Assembly: GCF_000026545.1 (NCBI RefSeq)
Contig: NC_011601.1
Source of the DNA: Escherichia coli O127:H6 str. E2348/69
GTDB lineage: Bacteria > Pseudomonadota > Gammaproteobacteria > Enterobacterales > Enterobacteriaceae
Length of the DNA: 64,000 nt
Direction: 5' to 3' (one strand)
How positions within the stretch are numbered: the first letter of the stretch is position 1; each line of letters opens with the position of its first letter. A model generated the notes under the pieces. The model saw only the letters and a list, made by a program, of their open reading frames with translations. It ran no database searches and was not told the DNA's origin. The translations under genes were made by a program, and so were the position numbers. Shown here piece by piece: positions 32,826-44,472 of the stretch.

Positions 32826-33247
32826 TTCGCTTTCGCAGTTTCTTCGCCGACCAGACCTATTTTCAGGTAACCCGCCTGATGCAGCGTATCCATTACCTTC
32901 ATCAACGTCTCGTAATCGACAGTTTTATCCGCACGGAAGAAGATGGTGGTGTCTTTCTTGCCTTCGGTTAACGCATTCAACGCCGTAATCATTGTTTCAT
33001 CGGTGACCGGATCGTTACCAATAAACATCGAGTTGTCTGCTTTCACCGACAGATAAACCGGTTTTTCCGGGCGCGGCTGCGGCGTGCTGGTAGAAGCAGG
33101 CAAATTCACCTTCACATCTACCGTCGCTAACGGTGCCGCCACCATAAAGATAATCAGCAAAACCAACATCACGTCGATAAACGGCGTCACGTTGATATCA
33201 TGCATTTCGCCGTTATCGTCGAGGTTTTCGTTAAGATGCATTGCCAT
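32822..33247 (-). CDS. exbD: TonB-system energiser ExbD
   Basis: 141-aa ORF recognised as ExbD. Confidence 0.95.
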   Translation of the reverse strand: MAMHLNENLDDNGEMHDINVTPFIDVMLVLLIIFMVAAPLATVDVKVNLPASTSTPQPRPEKPVYLSVKADNSMFIGNDPVTDETMITALNALTEGKKDTTIFFRADKTVDYETLMKVMDTLHQAGYLKIGLVGEETAKAK

Positions 33248-33253
33248 CGGACA

Positions 33254-33988
33254 TTATCCTGCGCGTAATTTTTGTGCGACACGAACCGGATGTGCAGCGG
33301 CGCTGGCTTCCAGATCCAGGTCACGGCTTTGCAACAACAATACCTGCGCTGCAACGTCACCCAGCATCGCTTTAAAGCCACCAATCTGGCGCGCGAATAC
33401 GTTATAGATAACGACCGCAGGAATCGCTGCCACGAGGCCGATTGCCGTTGCTAACAGAGCTTCTGCAATACCCGGCGCAACGACTGCCAGGTTAGTGGTC
33501 TGCGTTTGCGCGATACCAATAAAGCTGTTCATGATGCCCCAGACCGTACCAAACAGACCAACGAACGGCGAAATCGCGCCGATGGTTGCCAGATAGCCGT
33601 TACCACGGCCCATTTGACGACCTACTGCGGCGACCCGACGCTCCAGACGGAAGCTGGTACGTTCTTTAATACCTTCGTTATCGTCGCTGCCTTCTGACAG
33701 TTCCAGCTCATTCTGCGCTTCATTGAGCAAATGCAGGCTCAAGCTTTTGCTACCAAAATCAGCGGCGATATCGTTGGCCTGGTTTAAGGAACGCGCTTCA
33801 GCCAGCAATTGCTGCTCGCGCTTAAGACGACGCTTCTGATTGAAGAACTCCACGCTCTTACTGAAGAAGATTGCCCAGGTGACTACGGAGGCCAAAATAA
33901 GCCCAATCATCACGCACTTAACGACAATATCGGCGTGCTGATACATACCCCAGACGGAGAGGTCCGTCTGCATTAAATTATTACCCAC
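33254..33988 (-). CDS. exbB: TonB-system energiser ExbB
   Basis: 244-aa ORF recognised as ExbB (MotA/TolQ/ExbB family). Confidence 0.95.
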   Translation of the reverse strand: MGNNLMQTDLSVWGMYQHADIVVKCVMIGLILASVVTWAIFFSKSVEFFNQKRRLKREQQLLAEARSLNQANDIAADFGSKSLSLHLLNEAQNELELSEGSDDNEGIKERTSFRLERRVAAVGRQMGRGNGYLATIGAISPFVGLFGTVWGIMNSFIGIAQTQTTNLAVVAPGIAEALLATAIGLVAAIPAVVIYNVFARQIGGFKAMLGDVAAQVLLLQSRDLDLEASAAAHPVRVAQKLRAG

Positions 33989-34020
33989 TGTGTATCTCCA
34001 GGACGCAAGTCACAAAATCT

Positions 34021-34076
34021 GTGCATAATAATATCAAAACGACGTCGAATTGATAGTCGTTCTCATTACTATTTGC
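34021..34076 (-). promoter_or_regulatory. exbB promoter region with candidate Fur box
   Basis: AT-rich segment upstream of exbB containing GATAAT/ATCATT-like hexamer repeats (reverse strand AATAGTAATGAGAACGACTATCAATT); exbBD is known to be iron-regulated. The site was not scored against a matrix. Confidence 0.4.
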
Positions 34077-34203
34077 ATACTGCCGTACCTTTGCTTTCTT
34101 TTCCTTGCGTTTACGCAGTAAAAAAGTCACCAGCACGCCATTTGCGAAAATTTTCTGCTTTATGCCAATTCTTCAGGATGCGCCCGCGAATATTCATGCT
34201 AGT

Positions 34204-34221
34204 TTAGACATCCAGACGTAT
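34204..34221 (+). promoter_or_regulatory. Tandem MetJ boxes in the metC promoter
   Basis: TTAGACATCCAGACGTAT contains two adjacent 8-bp repeats resembling the metbox consensus AGACGTCT, about 20 bp upstream of the metC start. Confidence 0.6.
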
Positions 34222-34239
34222 AAAAACAGGAATCCCGAC

Positions 34240-35427
34240 ATGGCGGACAAAAAGCTTGATACTCAACTGGTGAATGCAGGACGCAGCAAAAAATACACGC
34301 TCGGTGCGGTAAATAGCGTGATTCAGCGCGCGTCTTCGCTGGTCTTTGACAGTGTAGAAGCCAAAAAACACGCGACACGTAATCGCGCCAATGGCGAGTT
34401 GTTCTATGGACGGCGTGGAACGTTAACCCATTTCTCCTTACAACAAGCGATGTGTGAACTGGAAGGTGGCGCAGGCTGTGTGCTATTTCCCTGCGGGGCG
34501 GCAGCGGTTGCTAATTCCATTCTTGCTTTTGTCGAACAGGGCGATCATGTGTTGATGACCAACACCGCCTATGAACCGAGTCAGGATTTCTGTAGCAAAA
34601 TCCTCAGCAAACTGGGCGTAACGACATCGTGGTTTGATCCGCTGATTGGTGCCGATATCGTTAAGCATCTGCAGCCAAACACTAAAATCGTGTTTCTGGA
34701 ATCGCCAGGTTCCATCACCATGGAAGTCCACGATGTTCCGGCGATTGTTGCCGCCGTACGCAGTGTGGTCCCGAATGCCATCATTATGATCGACAACACC
34801 TGGGCAGCCGGTGTGCTGTTTAAGGCGCTGGATTTTGGCATCGATGTTTCTATTCAGGCCGCCACCAAATATCTGGTTGGGCATTCAGATGCGATGATTG
34901 GCACTGCGGTGTGCAATGCCCGTTGCTGGGAGCAGCTGCGAGAGAATGCCTATCTGATGGGCCAGATGGTCGATGCCGATACCGCCTATATAACCAGCCG
35001 TGGCCTGCGCACTTTGGGGGTTCGCCTGCGTCAACATCGTGAAAGCAGTCTGAAAGTGGCTGAATGGCTGGCAGAACATCCCCAAGTAGCGCGAGTTAAC
35101 CACCCTGCTCTGCCTGGCAGTAAAGGTCACGAATTCTGGAAACGAGACTTTACAGGCAGCAGCGGGCTATTTTCCTTTGTGCTTAAGAAAAAACTCAATA
35201 ACGAAGAGCTGGCGAACTATCTGGATAACTTCAGTTTATTCAGCATGGCCTACTCGTGGGGCGGGTATGAATCGTTGATCCTGGCAAATCAACCAGAACA
35301 TATCGCCGCCATTCGCCCACAAGGCGAGATCGATTTTAGCGGGACCTTGATTCGCCTGCATATTGGTCTGGAAGATGTCGACGATCTGATTGCCGATCTG
35401 GACGCCGGTTTTGCGCGAATTGTATAA
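34240..35427 (+). CDS. metC: Cystathionine beta-lyase MetC
   Basis: Start placed at [25 protein letters not shown]... (395 aa); PLP-dependent Cys/Met metabolism family. Confidence 0.95.
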   Translation: MADKKLDTQLVNAGRSKKYTLGAVNSVIQRASSLVFDSVEAKKHATRNRANGELFYGRRGTLTHFSLQQAMCELEGGAGCVLFPCGAAAVANSILAFVEQGDHVLMTNTAYEPSQDFCSKILSKLGVTTSWFDPLIGADIVKHLQPNTKIVFLESPGSITMEVHDVPAIVAAVRSVVPNAIIMIDNTWAAGVLFKALDFGIDVSIQAATKYLVGHSDAMIGTAVCNARCWEQLRENAYLMGQMVDADTAYITSRGLRTLGVRLRQHRESSLKVAEWLAEHPQVARVNHPALPGSKGHEFWKRDFTGSSGLFSFVLKKKLNNEELANYLDNFSLFSMAYSWGGYESLILANQPEHIAAIRPQGEIDFSGTLIRLHIGLEDVDDLIADLDAGFARIV

Positions 35428-35486
35428 CATTGCCACTTTTGGACAATTTTGCAGACATTTTATTGTGAAAAGTCTTAAATTGTTGC

Positions 35487-35510
35487 GTCCGGGATCAAGG
35501 CGTCCCGGAC
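35487..35510 (+). terminator. Stem-loop downstream of metC (possible terminator)
   Basis: GTCCGGGATCAAGGCGTCCCGGAC hairpin; no clear T-run, so terminator function is uncertain. Confidence 0.3.
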
Positions 35511-35566
35511 GATTCAGGAGTACAATAGGCAGATAAAGGCTTAAACGCTGTTCCACAGGAAAGTCC

Positions 35567-36226
35567 ATGGCTGTTATTCAAGATATCATCGCTGCGCTCT
35601 GGCAACACGACTTTGCCGCGCTGGCGGATCCTCATATTGTTAGCGTTGTTTACTTTGTCATGTTTGCCACGCTGTTTTTAGAAAACGGCCTGCTGCCCGC
35701 CTCATTTTTGCCAGGCGACAGCTTGTTAATATTGGCAGGCGCATTGATTGCCCAGGGGGTTATGGATTTTCTGCCTACGATTGCGATTCTGACCGCCGCA
35801 GCAAGTCTGGGCTGCTGGCTAAGTTATATTCAGGGGCGCTGGTTAGGGAATACCAAAACGGTGAAAGGCTGGCTGGCACAGCTTCCTGCTAAATATCACC
35901 AGCGCGCCACCTGCATGTTTGACCGCCACGGTCTGCTGGCGCTGCTGGCTGGACGTTTTCTTGCATTTGTCCGTACGTTGCTGCCAACCATGGCGGGAAT
36001 TTCCGGTCTGCCAAACCGCCGCTTCCAGTTTTTCAACTGGTTAAGCGGATTGCTGTGGGTCAGCGTGGTAACCAGTTTCGGCTATGCCTTAAGTATGATT
36101 CCGTTCGTTAAACGCCATGAAGATCAGGTAATGACGTTCCTGATGATCCTGCCAGTTGCCTTGTTAACCGCTGGCTTGTTGGGCACGCTGTTTGTGGTGA
36201 TTAAAAAAAAATACTGTAACGCCTGA
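35567..36226 (+). CDS. yghB: DedA-family inner membrane protein YghB
   Basis: 219-aa membrane ORF recognised as YghB. Confidence 0.9.
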   Translation: MAVIQDIIAALWQHDFAALADPHIVSVVYFVMFATLFLENGLLPASFLPGDSLLILAGALIAQGVMDFLPTIAILTAAASLGCWLSYIQGRWLGNTKTVKGWLAQLPAKYHQRATCMFDRHGLLALLAGRFLAFVRTLLPTMAGISGLPNRRFQFFNWLSGLLWVSVVTSFGYALSMIPFVKRHEDQVMTFLMILPVALLTAGLLGTLFVVIKKKYCNA

Positions 36227-36265
36227 CGATTTTCCCCGTTCCCGGTTGCTGTACCGGGAACGTAT

Positions 36266-37222
36266 TTAATTCCCCTGCATCGCCCGCATTCTTGCCGCAT
36301 CTTCCCCCGGCGTCACACCGAAGTAACGTTTAAACTCACGGCTAAATTGCGATGCACTTTCGTAACCGACGCGCATCGCTGCCGCACTGGCCTTCATGCC
36401 GTCGTGGATGATCATCATCCGCGCCTTATGCAGACGGTAATTCTTCAAATACTGCAACGGCGAGGTGCTGGTGACAGACTTAAAATTATGGTGGAACGCC
36501 GATACGCTCATGTTGGCTTCTGCCGCCAGTTGCTCGACGCTCAGGTTTTCGGTGTATTTATTCTCAATCCGTTTCAGCACGCGGCTAATCAGGCTGAAGT
36601 GGGTCTGACGGCTGACCAGTGCCAGTAACGCGCCGCCGCAAGGTCCGGTCAGCACGTAGTATAGAATTTCGCGGATAATCTGTTTGCCGAGAATGCGCGC
36701 ATCCAGCGGTCGCTCCATCACATCCAGTAACCGCTCTGCCGCGCATAAAATCTCTTCTGATAACGTGGCGGAGTTAATACCGCTGGCTGCCATTGACGGC
36801 TGAAAATGTTCATCTTCGCCAATGTCCATCAACAGTTCCTGTAACTGCAAAATATCGACATTGAGACGCAACCCTGCCAGCGGCACCTCTGACGTGGCAT
36901 AGGTTTCGCACTCAAACGGCAACGGCACCGTCAGCAGCAGGTATTCATTGGCATCATAACGAAACACGCGTTCATTGATATAACCGATTTTATGCCCGGA
37001 AAAGAGAATTATGATGCCAGGCTCGTACATCACCGGTGTGCGTGCGAAAGGCGTCTCGCCATACAACAAACGCACATCGGGCAACAGCTCTGACAAACTA
37101 TTTTCTTTATTTTTCAGTTTATTAACTTTATCCGCCAGCAAGCGGCAAATCTCTTCACGTTTCATATCGCGTAATTTCTTAGGAATAATGCGGCAATTTG
37201 ATTGTGCGCAATTTTGTAGCAT
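36266..37222 (-). CDS. yqhC: AraC-family transcriptional activator YqhC
   Basis: Start placed at [17 protein letters not shown]... (318 aa); C-terminal AraC-type HTH; divergent from yqhD. Confidence 0.9.
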   Translation of the reverse strand: MLQNCAQSNCRIIPKKLRDMKREEICRLLADKVNKLKNKENSLSELLPDVRLLYGETPFARTPVMYEPGIIILFSGHKIGYINERVFRYDANEYLLLTVPLPFECETYATSEVPLAGLRLNVDILQLQELLMDIGEDEHFQPSMAASGINSATLSEEILCAAERLLDVMERPLDARILGKQIIREILYYVLTGPCGGALLALVSRQTHFSLISRVLKRIENKYTENLSVEQLAAEANMSVSAFHHNFKSVTSTSPLQYLKNYRLHKARMMIIHDGMKASAAAMRVGYESASQFSREFKRYFGVTPGEDAARMRAMQGN

Positions 37223-37358
37223 TTCTCCAGCACTCTGGAGAAATAGGCAAGACATTGGCAGAAATGAGCATTGAGAGGTACGGCGCTGGCGACCACAATG
37301 AAAAACATCAGGCAGATCGTTCTCTGCCCTCATATTGACCCAGCAAAGGGAGCAAGTA
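37223..37358. promoter_or_regulatory. Divergent yqhC / yqhD-dkgA control region
   Basis: Short intergenic region between the divergent regulator and its known target operon; contains partial palindromic sequence; sites not resolved. Confidence 0.45.
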
Positions 37359-38522
37359 ATGAACAACTTTAATCTGCACACCCCAACCCGCATTCTGTTT
37401 GGTAAAGGCGCAATCGCTGGTTTACGCGAACAAATTCCTCACGATGCTCGCGTATTGATTACCTACGGCGGCGGCAGCGTGAAAAAAACCGGCGTTCTCG
37501 ATCAAGTTCTGGATGCCCTGAAAGGCATGGACGTGCTGGAATTTGGCGGTATTGAACCAAACCCGGCTTATGAAACGCTGATGAACGCCGTGAAACTGGT
37601 TCGCGAACAGAAAGTGACTTTCCTGCTGGCGGTTGGCGGCGGTTCTGTACTGGACGGCACCAAATTTATCGCTGCAGCGGCTAACTATCCGGAAAATATC
37701 GATCCGTGGCACATTCTGCAAACGGGCGGCAAAGAGATTAAAAGCGCCATCCCGATGGGCTGTGTGCTGACGCTGCCAGCAACCGGTTCAGAATCCAACG
37801 CAGGCGCGGTGATCTCCCGTAAAACCACAGGCGACAAGCAGGCGTTCCATTCTGCCCATGTTCAGCCCGTATTTGCCGTGCTCGATCCGGTTTATACCTA
37901 CACCCTGCCGCCGCGTCAGGTGGCTAACGGCGTAGTGGATGCCTTTGTACACACCGTGGAACAGTATGTTACCAAACCGGTTGATGCCAAAATTCAGGAC
38001 CGTTTCGCAGAAGGCATTTTGCTGACGCTGATCGAAGATGGTCCGAAAGCCCTGAAAGAGCCAGAAAACTACGATGTGCGCGCCAACGTCATGTGGGCGG
38101 CGACTCAGGCGCTGAACGGTTTGATCGGCGCTGGCGTACCGCAGGACTGGGCAACGCATATGCTGGGCCACGAACTGACGGCGATGCACGGTCTGGATCA
38201 CGCGCAAACACTGGCTATCGTCCTGCCTGCACTGTGGAATGAAAAACGCGATACCAAGCGCGCTAAGCTGCTGCAATATGCTGAACGCGTCTGGAACATC
38301 ACTGAAGGTTCAGACGATGAGCGTATTGACGCCGCGATAGCCGCAACCCGCAATTTCTTTGAGCAATTAGGCGTGCCGACCCACCTCTCCGACTACGGTC
38401 TGGACGGCAGCTCCATCCCGGCTTTGCTGAAAAAACTGGAAGAGCACGGCATGACCCAACTGGGCGAAAATCATGACATTACGCTGGATGTCAGCCGCCG
38501 TATATACGAAGCCGCCCGCTAA
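37359..38522 (+). CDS. yqhD: NADPH-dependent aldehyde reductase YqhD (iron-containing ADH family)
   Basis: Start placed at [17 protein letters not shown]... (387 aa). Confidence 0.95.
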   Translation: MNNFNLHTPTRILFGKGAIAGLREQIPHDARVLITYGGGSVKKTGVLDQVLDALKGMDVLEFGGIEPNPAYETLMNAVKLVREQKVTFLLAVGGGSVLDGTKFIAAAANYPENIDPWHILQTGGKEIKSAIPMGCVLTLPATGSESNAGAVISRKTTGDKQAFHSAHVQPVFAVLDPVYTYTLPPRQVANGVVDAFVHTVEQYVTKPVDAKIQDRFAEGILLTLIEDGPKALKEPENYDVRANVMWAATQALNGLIGAGVPQDWATHMLGHELTAMHGLDHAQTLAIVLPALWNEKRDTKRAKLLQYAERVWNITEGSDDERIDAAIAATRNFFEQLGVPTHLSDYGLDGSSIPALLKKLEEHGMTQLGENHDITLDVSRRIYEAAR

Positions 38523-38626
38523 GCTTTTTACGCCTCAAACTTTCGTTTTCGGGCATTTCGTCCAGACTTAAGTTCACAACACCTCACCGGATCCTGCTCC
38601 GGTGAGTTCATATAAAGGAGGAACGT

Positions 38627-39454
38627 ATGGCTAATCCAACCGTTATTAAGCTACAGGATGGCAATGTCATGCCCCAGCTGGGACTGGGCGTCTGGCAAGC
38701 AAGTAATGAGGAAGTAATCACCGCCATTCAAAAAGCGTTAGAAGTGGGTTATCGCTCGATTGATACCGCCGCGGCCTACAAGAACGAAGAAGGTGTCGGC
38801 AAAGCCCTGAAAAATGCCTCAGTCAACAGAGAAGAACTGTTCATCACCACTAAGCTGTGGAACGACGACCACAAGCGCCCCCGCGAAGCCCTGCTCGACA
38901 GCCTGAAAAAACTCCAGCTTGATTATATCGACCTCTATTTAATGCACTGGCCCGTTCCCGCTATCGACCATTATGTCAAAGCATGGAAAGGCATGATCGA
39001 ATTGCAAAAAGAGGGATTAATCAAAAGCATCGGCGTGTGCAACTTCCAGATCCATCACCTGCAACGCCTGATTGATGAAACTGGCGTGACGCCTGTGATA
39101 AACCAGATCGAACTTCACCCGCTGATGCAACAACGCCAGCTACATGCCTGGAACGCGACACACAAAATCCAGACCGAATCCTGGAGCCCATTAGCGCAAG
39201 GAGGGAAAGGCGTTTTCGATCAGAAAGTCATTCGCGATCTGGCAGATAAATACGGCAAAACCCCTGCGCAGATTGTTATCCGCTGGCATCTGGATAGCGG
39301 CCTGGTGGTGATCCCAAAATCGGTCACACCTTCACGCATTGTCGAAAACTTTGATGTCTGGGATTTCCGTCTCGACAAAGACGAACTTGGCGAAATTGCA
39401 AAACTCGATCAGGGCAAGCGTCTCGGTCCCGATCCTGACCAGTTCGGCGGCTAA
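38627..39454 (+). CDS. dkgA: 2,5-diketo-D-gluconate reductase A / methylglyoxal reductase (aldo-keto reductase)
   Basis: 275-aa ORF recognised as DkgA. Confidence 0.95.
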   Translation: MANPTVIKLQDGNVMPQLGLGVWQASNEEVITAIQKALEVGYRSIDTAAAYKNEEGVGKALKNASVNREELFITTKLWNDDHKRPREALLDSLKKLQLDYIDLYLMHWPVPAIDHYVKAWKGMIELQKEGLIKSIGVCNFQIHHLQRLIDETGVTPVINQIELHPLMQQRQLHAWNATHKIQTESWSPLAQGGKGVFDQKVIRDLADKYGKTPAQIVIRWHLDSGLVVIPKSVTPSRIVENFDVWDFRLDKDELGEIAKLDQGKRLGPDPDQFGG

Positions 39455-39653
39455 CGTGCAAATTCTCCCGGTGGCGGTAATGTTCCGCTACCGGACTTTT
39501 CAGAAATCATTTATTCCCCTCGCGTCCCGCCCGTTGCTACTCTTCCTTGTTCAGGAATGCCAAATATAAGGACATCATCATGCAGAGCCGGAAGCTCTTA
39601 AAAGAACAACTCATCTATATCCGGGATAAACGCAACGGAGAGGTGAAAAACAG

Positions 39654-40580
39654 ATGAAAATAATACTTCTGTTTTTAGCAGCCCTGGCAAGTTTTACCGT
39701 ACACGCACAGCCCCCCTCACAGACCGTAGAACAAACAGTCCGGCATATTTATCAGAACTATAAATCAGATGCCACTGCCCCTTATTTTGGTGAAACCGGA
39801 GAGCGAGCGATAACTTCTGCGCGTATTCAACAGGCGCTTACCCTGAACGACAATCTTACGCTGCCGGGCAATATTGGCTGGCTGGATTATGATCCGGTTT
39901 GTGATTGTCAGGATTTTGGCGATCTGGTGTTAGAAAGCGTAGCGATAACCCAAACTGACGCCAATCATGCCGATGCCGTTGTGCACTTTCGTATCTTTAA
40001 AGACGATAAAGAAAAGACCTCGCAGACACTGAAAATGGTGGCGGAAAATGGTCGTTGGGTCATTGACGATATTGTCAGCAATCATGGCAGCGTCTTACAA
40101 GCGGTTAATAGCGAGAATGAAAAAACACTGGCCGCTATAGCTTCGTTGCAAAAAGAACAGCCGGAAGCCTTTGTTGCCGAACTCTTTGAACATATTGCTG
40201 ATTATAGCTGGCCGTGGACGTGGGTGGTTTCCGACTCTTACCGCCAGGCGGTCAATGCCTTCTATAAAACCACCTTCAAGACGGCCAACAATCCCGATGA
40301 AGATATGCAAATAGAACGGCAATTTATTTACGACAATCCGATCTGTTTTGGCGAAGAGTCGTTATTTTCACGCGTTGATGAAATTCGAGTCCTGGAGAAA
40401 ACCACCGATTCCGCCCGCATTCATGTTCGTTTTACGCTGACCAATGGCAACAACGAAGAGCAAGAACTGATTTTACAACGGCGCGAAGGTAAGTGGGAAA
40501 TCGCTGATTTTATCCACCCGAACAGCGGCAGCCTACTTAAACAGATTGAGGCAAAAACCGCCGCCAGATTAAAACAATGA
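39654..40580 (+). CDS. yqhG: Periplasmic protein YqhG (DUF3828)
   Basis: 308-aa ORF with signal peptide (MKIILLFLAALASFTVHA). Confidence 0.85.
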   Translation: MKIILLFLAALASFTVHAQPPSQTVEQTVRHIYQNYKSDATAPYFGETGERAITSARIQQALTLNDNLTLPGNIGWLDYDPVCDCQDFGDLVLESVAITQTDANHADAVVHFRIFKDDKEKTSQTLKMVAENGRWVIDDIVSNHGSVLQAVNSENEKTLAAIASLQKEQPEAFVAELFEHIADYSWPWTWVVSDSYRQAVNAFYKTTFKTANNPDEDMQIERQFIYDNPICFGEESLFSRVDEIRVLEKTTDSARIHVRFTLTNGNNEEQELILQRREGKWEIADFIHPNSGSLLKQIEAKTAARLKQ

Positions 40581-40630
40581 GCTGAATTAAATAACAATTA
40601 GCCGGAACAATAAATAAAAGGGAACACTAT

Positions 40631-40888
40631 ATGAAAACAATTTTCACCGTGGGAGCTGTTGTTCTGGCAACCTGCTTGCTCAGTGGCTGCGTCAATGAGC
40701 AAAAGGTCAATCAGCTGGCGAGCAATGTGCAAACATTAAATGCCAAAATCGCCCGGCTTGAGCAGGATATGAAAGCATTACGCCCACAAATCTATGCTGC
40801 CAAATCCGAAGCTAACAGAGCCAATACGCGTCTTGATGCACAGGACTATTTCGACTGCCTGCGCTGCTTGCGTATGTACGCAGAATGA
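40631..40888 (+). CDS. yqhH: Small lipoprotein YqhH (Lpp-like)
   Basis: 85-aa ORF with lipoprotein signal and lipobox (LLSGC) followed by a coiled-coil-like region. Confidence 0.85.
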
Positions 40889-40889
40889 T

Positions 40890-40931
40890 AAAAAAATCCC
40901 CGGCAGCATTCTGTTACCGGGGATATTTTTT
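40890..40931. terminator. Bidirectional intrinsic terminator (yqhH / ygiQ)
   Basis: Hairpin TCCCCGG-(13 nt)-CCGGGGA flanked by an A-run and a T-run between convergent genes. Confidence 0.7.
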
Positions 40932-43149
40932 AACGTCCACCCGCCGCTTTAGGGCGTTTCTTCGCACCAGCATTCTGCAGGCGAGATTGCGTAGACGACG
41001 CTTTTTTTGCCGTAGCAGGTGTCTGACGCTGGGTCGCCATCGGCGTATGTTTAGTCAACGCCGGACGGGTATTGCGGTTCTGGCGGCGAGCCTCACGCAT
41101 CTCTTCAATGGTTGGCGCAGGCACTAAGCAATCGCGACGGCTGCCAATCAGATGCTTTTTACCCATTGCTTCCAGCGCCTGGCGGATTAACGGCCAGTTT
41201 GCCGGATCGTGGTAACGCAACAACGCTTTATGCAAACGACGCTGTTTGTCGCCCTTCGGCACGAAGACGTCTTCACTCTTATAACCAATTTTCGCCAGCG
41301 GGTTTTTGCCGGTGTAATACATGGTGGTCGAGTTAGCCAGCGGCGACGGATAGAAGTTCTGCACCTGGTCGAGGCGGAAGCGATGCTTTTTCAGCCATAG
41401 CGCCAGATTCACCATATCTTCATCACGCGTACCCGGGTGCGCGGAGATGAAATACGGGATCAGATACTGTTCTTTACCTGCCTGTTTCGAGTAAGTATCG
41501 AACAGCTCTTTAAAGCGGTCATAGCTGCCCATGCCCGGCTTCATCATCTTCGATAACGGCCCTTCTTCGGTATGTTCCGGGGCAATCTTCAGATAACCGC
41601 CGACGTGATGGGTCGCCAGCTCTTTGATATAGCGCGGATCTTCTACGGCGATGTCATAACGCACACCAGAGGCAATCAGGATCTTTTTAATGCCTTTCAG
41701 ATCGCGCGCACGGCGATAGAGGTTGATCGTCGGTTCGTGGTTAGTGTCCATATGCGGACAAATATCCGGATAAACGCACGACAAACGACGGCAGGTTTGC
41801 TCAGCGCGTGGCGATTTGCAACGCAACATATACATGTTGGCAGTAGGCCCACCGAGATCGGAAATCACGCCCGTAAAACCTGGAACAGTGTCGCGGATCG
41901 CTTCGATCTCATTAATAATCGAATCTTCGGAACGGCTCTGAATAATGCGCCCTTCGTGCTCGGTAATAGAACAGAAAGAGCAGCCGCCAAAGCAGCCACG
42001 CATAATGTTGACCGAGAAACGAATCATTTCGTAAGCCGGAATTCGGGCATTACCGTAAGCCGGATGCAGCACGCGCTTGTACGGCAGCGCAAAGACGCTA
42101 TCCATCTCTTCGGTAGAAAGCGGAATAGCAGGCGGGTTGATCCATACATAGCGGTCGCCATGTTTTTGCATCAATGCGCGGGCGCAGCCTGGGTTAGTTT
42201 CGTGGTGCAGAATGCGCGAAGCATGGGCGTACAGCACTTTATCGCCCTTCACTTTCTCGAAAGAAGGCAGCAACACGTAGGTTTTTTCCCACGGTTTCGG
42301 GCGTGGTGGCTGCACGGTTACAGCTTTGGCTTCCTGCTTTTTCGGAGCTACCGGTTTGTTATCCGCGCACGGCAAATCTTCGCCATACGGATGCGGGATT
42401 GGGTCGATTTTCCCTGGGGTATCAAGACGGGTGGAATCCACACCGCTCCAGCCAGGCAACGCCTCTTTTACGATAATCGCGGTATTACGCACATCGCGGA
42501 TTTCACTAATCGGCTCGCCCATCGCCAGACGGTGCGCCACTTCCACCAGCGGACGCTCGCCATTGCCAAACATCAACATGTCGGCTTTAGAATCCACCAG
42601 CACGGAACGGCGCACGGTATCGGACCAGTAATCATAATGCGCGGTACGCCGCAGGCTGGCTTCGATACCGCCGAGGATCACCGGCACATCTTTCCACGCC
42701 TCTTTACAACGCTGGGTATAAACCAGTGTTGCACGATCCGGGCGCTTACCCGCGACGTTATTCGGCGTGTAAGCGTCATCATGGCGCAAACGGCGATCGG
42801 CTGTGTAACGGTTGATCATCGAGTCCATGTTGCCAGCAGTAACGCCGAAAAACAGATTCGGTTTACCCAGACGCATAAAGTCGTCTTTGCTGCTCCAGTC
42901 TGGCTGGGCGATGATCCCAACGCGAAAGCCCTGCGCTTCCAGCATACGACCACAAATCGCCATCCCGAAGCTTGGGTGATCGACATACGCGTCGCCAGTA
43001 ACCAAAATGATGTCGCAGCTATCCCAGCCAAGTTGATCCATCTCTTCACGTGACATCGGCAAAAACGGTGCCGGTCCAAAACAGGCGGCCCAGTACTGCG
43101 GCCAGGAGAACAGGTCGCGATCCGGTTGGATCAGGGAGATAGAGCTCAT
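40930..43149 (-). CDS. ygiQ: Radical SAM superfamily protein YgiQ (UPF0313)
   Basis: 739-aa ORF; contains the radical-SAM cysteine cluster (CFGGCSFC) and a lysine/arginine-rich C-terminal tail. Confidence 0.9.
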   Translation of the reverse strand: MSSISLIQPDRDLFSWPQYWAACFGPAPFLPMSREEMDQLGWDSCDIILVTGDAYVDHPSFGMAICGRMLEAQGFRVGIIAQPDWSSKDDFMRLGKPNLFFGVTAGNMDSMINRYTADRRLRHDDAYTPNNVAGKRPDRATLVYTQRCKEAWKDVPVILGGIEASLRRTAHYDYWSDTVRRSVLVDSKADMLMFGNGERPLVEVAHRLAMGEPISEIRDVRNTAIIVKEALPGWSGVDSTRLDTPGKIDPIPHPYGEDLPCADNKPVAPKKQEAKAVTVQPPRPKPWEKTYVLLPSFEKVKGDKVLYAHASRILHHETNPGCARALMQKHGDRYVWINPPAIPLSTEEMDSVFALPYKRVLHPAYGNARIPAYEMIRFSVNIMRGCFGGCSFCSITEHEGRIIQSRSEDSIINEIEAIRDTVPGFTGVISDLGGPTANMYMLRCKSPRAEQTCRRLSCVYPDICPHMDTNHEPTINLYRRARDLKGIKKILIASGVRYDIAVEDPRYIKELATHHVGGYLKIAPEHTEEGPLSKMMKPGMGSYDRFKELFDTYSKQAGKEQYLIPYFISAHPGTRDEDMVNLALWLKKHRFRLDQVQNFYPSPLANSTTMYYTGKNPLAKIGYKSEDVFVPKGDKQRRLHKALLRYHDPANWPLIRQALEAMGKKHLIGSRRDCLVPAPTIEEMREARRQNRNTRPALTKHTPMATQRQTPATAKKASSTQSRLQNAGAKKRPKAAGGR

Positions 43150-43400
43150 TTTGCTTCCAGAAATGGTAAAAAAATAATCAAAGGCCGGGGATTATACGCT
43201 GTATCACGCGCGGAAATGAAGTGATGTTGATGAACGGTGGCGAAATACCCTGGTGAGGTTTTTCACTGCCCGACTTGGGCAAGCACATTTAAGGCTGGCG
43301 GTATCGTGGCAACTGCCGCTACTATTTATGCCGATCAGCAACGTTCAAATCATATTGCACGACGATCGGCTATCCGAGGACACCCACAGTAAGGCAAGGT

Positions 43401-44150
43401 ATGGAACAGGTTATTACAAAGCGCCGCTATTACGATATTGGTCTACAGATTGAAGAGCTGCTGTATTCAGGCGTATTTAAGGCCGGAGAACGCTTACCTT
43501 CAGAACGTGAACTGAGCGAGCGGTTTAATACCAGCCGAACTACCATTCGTGAAGCCATCATTATGCTGGAACTGAAAGGCGTATTGAATGTGAAGCAAGG
43601 GTCAGGGATTTTCTTTGTCGACTCCACCGATAAGCTCAACCAGAAATCATTAATGCCCTATTCAGAAATTGGCCCGTTTGAACTGTTACAGGCACGTCAG
43701 GTAATTGAGAGCAATATTACCGGTTTTGCTGCCAGCCAGATCAGCTTTAACGAGTTACAAGAGTTGAAGAAAATCATTGGATTACAGGAAAAAGCCATCG
43801 CTGCGGAAAGTGATAAATTTGAAGACCTGGATCACCGATTTCATAGCATTATTGCCGAAGCGACGCAAAATCGGGTACTCATCAAACAAGCCGCTGAATT
43901 ATGGCGGGCAGTGCGCACAGAAAACCCCCGCTGGAAGAAACTTAACTACAAGTACCTGCATGAAAAGCATTTGCGTCTGCAATGGCTGGAAGATCACCGG
44001 GCTATTTTCTTGGCTCTGCAACAGAAAGATTCAGAGCTCGCCAGGGAAGCGTCCTGGAGACATCTGGAAAACAGCAAAAATGAACTGATCAAAATCTTCA
44101 AACAAGACGCTTCCATCAGCGATTTTGATGACTTTTTCTTCGCTCGTTAA
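43401..44150 (+). CDS. GntR/FadR-family transcriptional regulator (accessory island)
   Basis: 249-aa ORF with N-terminal GntR-type winged HTH (GERLPSERELSERFNTSRTTIREAI) and FadR-like C-terminal domain; not part of the K-12 ygiQ–ftsP interval as I remember it. Confidence 0.8.
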   Translation: MEQVITKRRYYDIGLQIEELLYSGVFKAGERLPSERELSERFNTSRTTIREAIIMLELKGVLNVKQGSGIFFVDSTDKLNQKSLMPYSEIGPFELLQARQVIESNITGFAASQISFNELQELKKIIGLQEKAIAAESDKFEDLDHRFHSIIAEATQNRVLIKQAAELWRAVRTENPRWKKLNYKYLHEKHLRLQWLEDHRAIFLALQQKDSELAREASWRHLENSKNELIKIFKQDASISDFDDFFFAR

Positions 44151-44472
44151 CCTTCATTAGTCCAGAGCTGGCGGAAAAAATAACGCCGGCTCTGCCTTCC
44201 GCCCTCCACTGGTACACGCTCTCTTTTTAATTGGTCTAATAAATCAACTATCATCAGATATCTTAGATTAGCGGCAATTATCCTAAAAACTGACCTCTAA
44301 AAAACTTTCCTTTCATTTTATTCATATAACTCATTGATACAGATATAAATAACGCCTTGTTGTTCTGTTTCGTACTTTTACCTTTCTCTGCAAGCGTGAT
44401 GCATCCCTCTGTTTTTGGTCTAGTGAATTATGTAAATTGGTATACACACAAGCCACCAGGAGTAAGAGCATA

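Noticed and set aside
41572-43053. 493-aa ORF on the plus strand inside ygiQ
   Set aside because: Antisense to the radical-SAM gene ygiQ; no start context or motifs; shadow ORF.
43150-43400. Small ORF 43253..43453 (66 aa) upstream of the GntR regulator
   Set aside because: It overlaps the regulator start, has no ribosome-binding site and no conserved features; more likely promoter/leader sequence of the island.
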